This document shows positions 35,992 through 43,019 of a DNA stretch of 64,000 bases, piece after piece. Source of the DNA: an uncultured cyanobacterium (GTDB lineage: Bacteria > Cyanobacteriota > Cyanobacteriia > PCC-9006 > JAAUQQ01); the NCBI GenBank assembly GCA_963718615.1, contig OY970368.1:2208001-2272000 (forward strand), read 5' to 3'. Numbering within the stretch: position 1 is the first letter of the stretch; the number at the start of each line of letters is the position of its first letter. The position numbers and the translations under genes were made by a program. Below the pieces are notes generated by a model. It made no database searches. It was given only the letters and a program-made list of their open reading frames with translations, and had not been told where the DNA came from.

Positions 35992-36305
35992 GAAACAAAT
36001 TATCCAAGGGCGAGATTGAGAAATTTTTCCCTAGCCGGGACTCCAGCTTGGCGAGGTCTTCGTTGCGGTTGAATTCTGATTGCGCCCTGTTCCCAGCTTC
36101 GACCTCCCGAATTCCGAGTCGGGGAGTCGTGGGCAGATCAGGAGTCACATCTGAGTTTAATGGAAGGGACTTTCACCCTCATCATTAGGACAGTTCAGCT
36201 CTTGAGAGTGCTTCATGTTTGGAAGCCAAGCTGGCAGAGTTATTTACGGGCTTGCACCGTTATTCATCTGCAACGAATCGCACTCCCTATCCCGATTAGG
36301 CGACA

Positions 36306-36316
36306 GTTGAGGCTTC
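36306..36316 (-). other. Degenerate attC R'' box of the methyltransferase cassette
   Basis: GTTGAGGCTTC overlapping the stop codon; matches cassette start GTTAGGCTTC (minus strand, 37127-37118) in inverted orientation with a 1-nt insertion. Confidence 0.45.
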
Positions 36317-37029
36317 TAATCCAGCGCCGTTCGCTTTGAAAACCAAGCGTGAATGAAAAGAGTTTGGAAAAACAACACCGGAGTATCGAATCCACCCGCT
36401 GCGATAATTGCTTCAATTTCCGGTGGGGTTAAAGCTGCGAGGTGAAGACTCCAGGCAGTGCGCATTCTTTCGATATCTTCTTCACCCCAGCCAGAGCCTC
36501 CGAGCATTCGCAGCCAAACTTCAATCAAACTTTGATGAATCGGAGCCGACAGACCGAGAACTAGATCTGAACTGATCAAAATTCCACCGGGGTAAAGGCG
36601 TTGTGCGATTTGATTGAAAAAGTGGCTCCGCTCTGCCGCTTCTTTCAAGAATTGAGAGACCAAAAGGCAAGTCGCCGCATCGAATGGATCAGAAGCGGGC
36701 AGCGAGTCGAGATAGCCTTCGTGGAACGTGCAACGTGAGGTAATTCCATTTTCTTCGGCTTTTTGACGGCAGATATCCAGCATTGCAGACGCAGGCTCAA
36801 CCGCTGTGAAGTGACATTGCGGAAAGACTTGTGCCAGAGCGATCATTTCCGTTCCGGTACCGACACCGACACACAGAATTCGCGCCTCAGCCGGAAGCTC
36901 GGCGAAAATCAGGCGTGTTAACGAAAAGAGTGCTTCGCGTGAAGATGCCCAACCAGCGGTTTTCTCGTCGTAGGAAGCCGCAGCTTTTTGGTTGTCAAAT
37001 GGCATCATGGCTGACTGTTGGTTCTGCAT
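36316..37029 (-). CDS. Class I SAM-dependent methyltransferase (cassette gene)
   Basis: ILCVGVGTG motif I, VEPASAML, FDAATC, LYPGG. Confidence 0.9.
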   Translation of the reverse strand: MQNQQSAMMPFDNQKAAASYDEKTAGWASSREALFSLTRLIFAELPAEARILCVGVGTGTEMIALAQVFPQCHFTAVEPASAMLDICRQKAEENGITSRCTFHEGYLDSLPASDPFDAATCLLVSQFLKEAAERSHFFNQIAQRLYPGGILISSDLVLGLSAPIHQSLIEVWLRMLGGSGWGEEDIERMRTAWSLHLAALTPPEIEAIIAAGGFDTPVLFFQTLFIHAWFSKRTALD

Positions 37030-37207
37030 GATGGAAATAAAAGATGCTCCAACTAAATTTTACAAATCACTTTCGTTCATTCACACGCATATCTCCTCAA
37101 CAAACTCAAACTCCTGTGAAGCCTAACGTTGCCCATCACCCGCCGTAGATAACCTTTGCAATAACTCATTAACTTTTAGCGGTCGGTGTGCATGGGCGTT
37201 ATGGGGG

Positions 37208-37505
37208 GACGGGGGAGAAGAAACAGGAAGAGACGACTATGCATTGGACGACACAGAGGATGTCTACTAACATACCGAATCGCTCATCCCTCTCCCATTC
37301 GCGAATTTGACAGAACCGCATAAAGTCAAGAAAGGAGAGAATCTGCCAGCTAGTCGGGACGACTATGCAGCGCCAGTCAGAAGATGACTACTAACATATC
37401 GAATCGCCCGTCCAGCCAATCCAATCGCGTACCGACGAATCCTCAGGGAGTAGGGAAAGACTCTTTCCATAATCTCTTCGCTTTGCGAGCGGGGGCAGAC
37501 TCTCC
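37208..37505 (+). ncRNA. Putative bridge RNA with two target-type loops and one donor-type loop
   Basis: Two repeated stem/internal-loop units (37232-37283, 37358-37407) and a third loop with CCTCAGGG and CCATAAT matching the IS end junction. Confidence 0.7.
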
Positions 37506-37534
37506 ATCCAACAAAACACCCTCAATCTAGCACA

Positions 37535-38800
37535 ATGAAACTCAACCTCAGCACAACCGTTTATGCTGCCTATATCGGCATTGATTGGGCAGACCGCAAA
37601 CACGATATTGCTCTCTATGACTGCCAGAACGAGACCTGGGAGCAATCCACCATTCAGGCCACTCCTCAGGCGATCGCGGATTGGGTCAACCAATTACGAA
37701 AACTCTATGGAGAGCGCAAGCTTTTGGTGGGATTGGAGCAGAAACGTGGACCTTTGCTCTATGCCCTGTGCCAATATGAGAATCTGGTACTAGTGCCCAT
37801 CAATCCCAGAACTGTGGCGAACTATCGAAAAGCGTTTCAGCCCTCTCGGGCCAAATCAGACCCGATTGATGCCAAGCTGATTATCGAATTGATGCAAAAG
37901 CATGGGGAGAAGCTCGATATTTGGACAGCGGGTTGCCCGAAGCATCGTGCGTTGAGACAATGGGTTGAATCCCGTCGGATGTTAGTCGGGGAGAAGGTGC
38001 GGCTCACCAATCGCATTACTGCTGCGCTCAAATCCTACTTTCCCCAAGTGCTCGATTGGTTTGAAGACAAAGACACGACGGCGTTTTGTGAGTTTCTCGA
38101 ACGATTTCCCAATCTACAGGCTGCTCAAGCGGCCACAGCTCATGAATTGAGACAGTTCTTTCGTCATCATCACATCATTCGTAAGGCAACCATTCAACGA
38201 CGCACTCAGCAAATTCAAGACGCGGGTCCAGCCTTGACAAAAGATGATGCGATCATCGTCCCCGCCCAAGCTTTGATGTTGGGTTTAGTGGCTTTATTGA
38301 AAGTTGTTTTGTGTCAGTTGATTATCTTTGAACAGCAAATCGAATCGTTGTTTGAATCTCTACCGGATGCAACTCTCTTTCGGGCATTACCCGGAGCAGG
38401 TCCACATTTGGCACCTCGATTACTGGCAGCGTTTGGGGAAGACCGTACTCGCTTTGACTGTGCTCAGGCTTTTCTGAGTTACATCGGCATTGCACCGGTT
38501 AAGGAAGAAAGTGGCAAGAAACGTTGGGTCCATTGGCGTTGGTCTTGTCCTATCTTTCTGAGGCAAACTTTTGTCGAGTGGGTCACCCATGCTCGGTCTC
38601 GCTCGCTCTGGTCACAGGCATTTTATCAACAGCAACGACTAGCGGGTAAATCTCATCAAAAGGCTATTCGTGCTTTGGCTTATAAATGGGGACGAATTCT
38701 TTGGCGGTGTTGGCAGGATAGGACTCCTTATGATGAGGAAAAGTATCTCGCTGCTCTCCGGTGCAAAAACTCTCCTTTGGTCGCTCTTTTACCGGCTTAG
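37535..38800 (+). CDS. IS110-family DEDD recombinase/transposase
   Basis: IGIDWAD, GLE, KSDPIDA (DEDD RuvC-like); LPGAG...IGIAPVKEESGK (Tnp domain with catalytic Ser). Confidence 0.95.
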   Translation: MKLNLSTTVYAAYIGIDWADRKHDIALYDCQNETWEQSTIQATPQAIADWVNQLRKLYGERKLLVGLEQKRGPLLYALCQYENLVLVPINPRTVANYRKAFQPSRAKSDPIDAKLIIELMQKHGEKLDIWTAGCPKHRALRQWVESRRMLVGEKVRLTNRITAALKSYFPQVLDWFEDKDTTAFCEFLERFPNLQAAQAATAHELRQFFRHHHIIRKATIQRRTQQIQDAGPALTKDDAIIVPAQALMLGLVALLKVVLCQLIIFEQQIESLFESLPDATLFRALPGAGPHLAPRLLAAFGEDRTRFDCAQAFLSYIGIAPVKEESGKKRWVHWRWSCPIFLRQTFVEWVTHARSRSLWSQAFYQQQRLAGKSHQKAIRALAYKWGRILWRCWQDRTPYDEEKYLAALRCKNSPLVALLPA

Positions 38801-38976
38801 GTCTCTGTCTTTTTGCTCGATTGAACTGCTTTAGGTTTTGAACCAATCGAATACGAAAAATACGAAGATGGCTCTGATAGCTCAGTTCGGCTGAGACTCA
38901 AAACTGACTATCAGGTGGTTTGTGCTGGCTTCAATTCGCTCGGATATTACATCAGAGTTATTTTGTATCTTCTCTA

Positions 38977-39005
38977 TTGACCCCGTCCGCCTCAGGGCCT
39001 ATGTT
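38977..39005 (+). promoter_or_regulatory. IS right-end -35 box and junction promoter
   Basis: TTGACC (38977-38982), exactly 17 nt, then TAT; gives TATTAT when joined to the left end, TATGTT in the integrated state. Confidence 0.65.
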
Positions 39006-39066
39006 ATGCTGCGTTGCCATCTTTAGCTTTCGTTCTCAATCACTAATGCCTCAAGTGCTGAAACTG

Positions 39067-39306
39067 TCAACTTTCCTCATAAGCCTGTAAGAATTCATCC
39101 CGTGATATACCTGACTGAGTACAAATTGTTCTCAGTGTAGATCCCTTGATCTGTTTGTGGTTAGGTAGGGTTAAAGGTGTTGTCGTACCATCTTCATTTT
39201 CTCGAACCATTGAAATGTGCTCCCGCTCTCTAACGACTTGAAATCCTAAAATTCCGAGTGCTCGAATGACTTTTGCTTTGGGCAAATCAACCGGAAACTT
39301 TGGCAT
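39067..39306 (-). CDS. hicA: HicA-family toxin
   Basis: LGILGFQVVREREHISM...LPNHKQIKGSTLRTI. Confidence 0.88.
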   Translation of the reverse strand: MPKFPVDLPKAKVIRALGILGFQVVREREHISMVRENEDGTTTPLTLPNHKQIKGSTLRTICTQSGISRDEFLQAYEES

Positions 39307-39537
39307 TTAAAGACTTGCCTCCGCAACAAATGCTTCTAGCACAGGCGATTCTGGTTCAAGTACTTCTACCCCAAAAGTTTCAACATGAAATCGAATGGCT
39401 GATCTGACATCTGCTAAAGCTTCTTCATAGGTATCACCTTCGCCAACAACAACACCTTGAATTCCTAATGGATAGGCGATATACCCATCTGAGTGTCGTT
39501 CAACAATAATCTTGATGTTCTTCATTTTTATCTCCAA
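39307..39537 (-). CDS. hicB: HicB-family antitoxin
   Basis: GYIAYP...GEGDTYEEALADVRSAIRFH. Confidence 0.88.
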   Translation of the reverse strand: MEIKMKNIKIIVERHSDGYIAYPLGIQGVVVGEGDTYEEALADVRSAIRFHVETFGVEVLEPESPVLEAFVAEASL

Positions 39538-39557
39538 ATCAATAAAAGAAGGGTTTC

Positions 39558-41777
39558 TTAAAACCTATCCACTTTCTTTTTGTAAACCTCTTCCATTGGA
39601 AGCAGTAATTTTCCCAAAATTTCACTTTTTATAGTGGAATCAATATTGGAAGTGTTTATCCCACGCAGCAGCAATAAATGAGCATCATAATACAGTCCGA
39701 GAACTTCCTTTTGAGATTCACTAAAATTCCACTCACGACCTAAACTGCGATATTGAAGAATCACATCCCTTAGAGCGTCAGCCCATTTCTTATGATTTGT
39801 GTTACACCACTCACGATGTAATTCTTTGTTCTCCCTCCATTCAGGTATTTGTACTTTCAAGCTCAGAAGCTCTTTCTCTAACTCAAAACTATTAACTGAA
39901 TGTACAGTCAAATGATTAACGAGAATTCTATTTAGGAAATCTAATCCAAGCCAGGGTGATTGTGTGTTGTCATCCGGCTCTACCCACCAAAACCCATAAT
40001 GACTACGCACATAAGCAACTATCAAATTCATATCTAAAGAAAATTCACCACTATTGCGGTAACAGGCTGTTTCTCCTATATCCTCATTACTAACATCATT
40101 GCCCATAAAGAAGGGATTGCGCTCTCTTGTGTTTTCTTCTTTAAGCTGATTGTCAAGAGCCATACATAGAGGTGGAAATACGCTATAGCTTATTTCTGAA
40201 GTAAAAACACCATTTAACGTTATGTTGTAATAAAGAAGGAAAGCACGAATGGCTTCTGGTAAATACTGCAATGTTAATGAGCAAGACTTTTGGTAAATCC
40301 AGGTTAAGAATTGCTGCAAATCTGAATCTTCAGATATAAGTCTATCAATTTCTTCCTTTAAAAGAAGGGTGAATTGATTTATAAATTCAGTTGACTCAAT
40401 GGCTATTTTCAGTACTTCCCACCATTGTCTATTAGAAACCTTCTTGGCTAAATTTTTTAACTCCTGTAAGTCACGCTTTTTAATAAGTCTTCTGGCTATA
40501 AAGTATTCTTGAAAAGTTAGATGAGAAAAGGAATAAATTCCCTGCGCTCTCTGAATTAATAATCCATGTTGTGCTTCAATTGCTCCTAAGACTGCTCTCC
40601 CGTCCTGAACTGAAATCTCTAGAAAATCTGATATATCTGTAACCAGTTCCCTATGTTCAAATAAGATATACTGCGATTGCTCAAATTTTTTTGCTGCCAA
40701 GTAACTTAATAGCTCTGTTTTCTGGTCTGCCGACAAATCTCGATAAATGCTGTCGCGCTCTATCTCTCGCACTTTATCCCATCTTTCTAGCAGTAAATCT
40801 AGCCCCTCTTCGTAAAGCCGAGAACGCTTTGAATAAAATTTTCCTGTTTGGTGAAACACTGCACAGGCTAAACTCAGAAGAATAGGCGTGGTCATTAATC
40901 GACGAATGGATTTATTGTCATAGTGTCCTAATCTACTGAGAAATTCTTGGGATTTTTCTTTTCCTTCAATAAGACTAGATGTGATTGCTGTAAACCAATG
41001 GACTACAAAATTCTCTAACTGTTCATCACTAAAGTCTGCAATCTCTACATAATCAAAATTGTCAAATCGTGACTCCTGATTTTGTATGCGGCAGGTTATC
41101 ACTAACTGATTTTGAGGGTGAGTGCGCGCGAATGACTTGATTTGTGTAGAGATTTTCTTACCGTTTGCTCCAGTTACCTCATCCAATCCATCTAATAGAA
41201 TCAATGCTCTACCGTGGTTCAAGATAAAGTTGGTTTCAGATTCAGCCAATTGCCAATGCTGGGCTAAGTAAGATTCCAATCTATAGTTAACGCTGTATCC
41301 ATCATCCACAAACTCTCGAAGCTTAATAAACACTGGAATGCGATGTGACTGTAAGCGTCCGTCATTACATTCCGTAATAATATGCTGTAGGTAGGTTGTT
41401 TTTCCTGATCCTGGTTTGCCAACCACCATCAAGTTTTTGTCTCTTGACAAACAATCTAAACCTGATATTCGTTGGAGTTGTTTACATAATCCGACTCGGT
41501 CTAGGCTACGACTATAAGAGTGCTGCTGGGCTTCCTGATTAAAATCTTGCCATAAATCATTCAGTTCAGATTTGCGGCTACTGTTAAGCCCTTCAAGAAT
41601 ATTCACATCTACAAACAATTCACTTAATGGCACCCAATGATCTATTCCCCACAGAGGCATTGTGCCATGCAAGCGTTGGATGTCGTCATGAAAACGAGAT
41701 CGTATTTGTTGTACTAATTCATCTAAGGAAATCTGTGGGGTGCTTAACTTTGTCGGTGCCCCTCCCGACGAGTTCAG
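39558..41777 (-). CDS. NACHT-domain NTPase (start unclear; frame open up to the upstream gene's stop)
   Basis: Walker A GKPGSGKTT, Walker B LLDGLDE, ITCR, TPILL, FSHLTFQEY. Confidence 0.88.
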   Translation of the reverse strand: MNSSGGAPTKLSTPQISLDELVQQIRSRFHDDIQRLHGTMPLWGIDHWVPLSELFVDVNILEGLNSSRKSELNDLWQDFNQEAQQHSYSRSLDRVGLCKQLQRISGLDCLSRDKNLMVVGKPGSGKTTYLQHIITECNDGRLQSHRIPVFIKLREFVDDGYSVNYRLESYLAQHWQLAESETNFILNHGRALILLDGLDEVTGANGKKISTQIKSFARTHPQNQLVITCRIQNQESRFDNFDYVEIADFSDEQLENFVVHWFTAITSSLIEGKEKSQEFLSRLGHYDNKSIRRLMTTPILLSLACAVFHQTGKFYSKRSRLYEEGLDLLLERWDKVREIERDSIYRDLSADQKTELLSYLAAKKFEQSQYILFEHRELVTDISDFLEISVQDGRAVLGAIEAQHGLLIQRAQGIYSFSHLTFQEYFIARRLIKKRDLQELKNLAKKVSNRQWWEVLKIAIESTEFINQFTLLLKEEIDRLISEDSDLQQFLTWIYQKSCSLTLQYLPEAIRAFLLYYNITLNGVFTSEISYSVFPPLCMALDNQLKEENTRERNPFFMGNDVSNEDIGETACYRNSGEFSLDMNLIVAYVRSHYGFWWVEPDDNTQSPWLGLDFLNRILVNHLTVHSVNSFELEKELLSLKVQIPEWRENKELHREWCNTNHKKWADALRDVILQYRSLGREWNFSESQKEVLGLYYDAHLLLLRGINTSNIDSTIKSEILGKLLLPMEEVYKKKVDRF

Positions 41778-42242
41778 TCAATCGGGCTTTACTCCATAGT
41801 AATTGTTATTGGTAATTGAACCTTGTTGAACCGAGGCGTTCGGCTGAATTTCTCTATTGTTAAATTGTTGTCCTGTTCCACCAAAAACATTTAATACGTT
41901 CTCAGCATCACAATTCTCAAATTGAATTACTTGATAGATTTCATGCACCAGAGTTTGAATTTCTTTCTCGAAAATTTCATCAACTTTCCATAACCCATTC
42001 AAGTAGTTTTTCAACTTCTGAATATCTTCTGGTGAGTCCTGGGCTGCTCCTGTTAATACCTTCTCTGCTTGGGGCTTGCCTTTGATAGCTTTTTGCCAAA
42101 CAGCTTCGCCTAGCTTCTGAATTAACTTTGTAACACTCTCACTGGTCTTTTTGCCCAATTCACCTGCACCGCCTTCGACAAATTTATCGAAAGCAACTTT
42201 TGCGATCGCCTGTGCTGCTGCCAAAGTAATCAGTTCCATCAT
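41778..42242 (-). CDS. Small hypothetical protein in frame with the NACHT gene
   Basis: 154-aa ORF ending in an N/Q/G-rich tail, NNNYYGVKPD*. Confidence 0.75.
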   Translation of the reverse strand: MMELITLAAAQAIAKVAFDKFVEGGAGELGKKTSESVTKLIQKLGEAVWQKAIKGKPQAEKVLTGAAQDSPEDIQKLKNYLNGLWKVDEIFEKEIQTLVHEIYQVIQFENCDAENVLNVFGGTGQQFNNREIQPNASVQQGSITNNNYYGVKPD

Positions 42243-42407
42243 GCTGACTTTACCGCTAACTCACCATCTCATTTTTACTCTACCAACACCGTAATGTCTG
42301 CAATCTTAGGATTTTTCCAGAAATTCATAGGCTAAGCTCATCATTGGTCTTTCTGTAATTATTGCTACTTACAGATAACCTCCCGGTGCGTCCCCACCGA
42401 GGACTAA

Positions 42408-42575
42408 GCAGCATAACAATCTGATTAGACTGAATCGATTCTGCCTAATCCCTTAAAAAGAGAGCGTTATACAGAACCTGTTCGGCCTATTCACTCCACA
42501 ATGAATATTAGACAGAATTGAATTCTGCATAACACCCCAAAACAGAAGATTAGGCGGAACCATCTTCCGTATAAT
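42408..42575 (-). promoter_or_regulatory. attI-like core plus four phased palindromic boxes
   Basis: Minus-strand GTTATGCTGC at 42417-42408; 11-bp inverted arm pairs starting at 42424, 42466, 42507, 42549. Confidence 0.6.
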
Positions 42576-42587
42576 ATCCATAATTCC

Positions 42588-42648
42588 ATGGATAAGACGA
42601 CCCAGAAAGTTTTTCCTTCAAGAATCTTTGCACGGATTTCCGTCTAAT
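42588..42648 (+). pseudogene. Possible N-terminal stub of an integron integrase
   Basis: ATG GAT AAG a CGA CCC AGA AAG gives MDK/RPRK with a 1-nt shift, resembling IntI N-termini from memory; divergent from cassettes; no catalytic region present. Confidence 0.3.
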
Positions 42649-43019
42649 CCCTTGCCTCCATAATAGTGCAAACGATCTAGTGCCGAAATCTGAAGATAAA
42701 CCAGCAGTGCAGTAAAATAGGGCACTGTCCTGCTTAGGAGTGATGCTCTCTGAAACCCAGTGAATTCGTGGATTTTAGCTACGAGATTTCGTTGATCACG
42801 CTTTCAAACATCAGTACGCAGTTCTAGATTCACACCGGGGCTCGCCTTCACTTGATGCCGCTCCGAGCCTGATAGATCAGTCTTAGATCAGAGAACCTGG
42901 GGAATCGCTCAACACCTCACCCACAGGCAGCTCCGGGTTATAACAGTTTTTCTTTTGGGAAAACTAAATTCAGCCCCCCAACGGCGATTCCGTACGGCAA
43001 TTCCCTGGCATAGAAGCCC

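Larger units (their letters stand above)
37200..39002 (+). mobile_element. IS110-family insertion sequence inserted in attC
   Basis: DEDD recombinase gene; sub-terminal inverted repeat GGACGGGG/CCCCGTCC and GAGAAGA/TCTTCTC; removal restores the attC; ends uncertain by a few nt. Confidence 0.85.
37121..39009 (-). other. Integron attC site (about 86 bp when reconstructed), split by IS110
   Basis: GCCTAAC at 37121 and GTTATGC at 39003; inner arms GCCCAT-CAC-CCG-CCG / CGG-t-CGG-t-GTG-c-ATGGGC with unpaired extra bases. Confidence 0.75.

Noticed and set aside
37046-37053. GCTCCAAC as an additional cassette boundary
   Set aside because: No partner box or attC hairpin found nearby.
37232-37407. 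Duplicated motif as a CRISPR or TIGR array
   Set aside because: Only two units, no cas/tas gene, and it lies within IS110 ends with loops matching target and donor; a bridge-type RNA explains it better.
42424-42575. Phased repeats as CRISPR or iterons
   Set aside because: Units are degenerate palindromes with about 15-nt gaps; no cas or rep gene.
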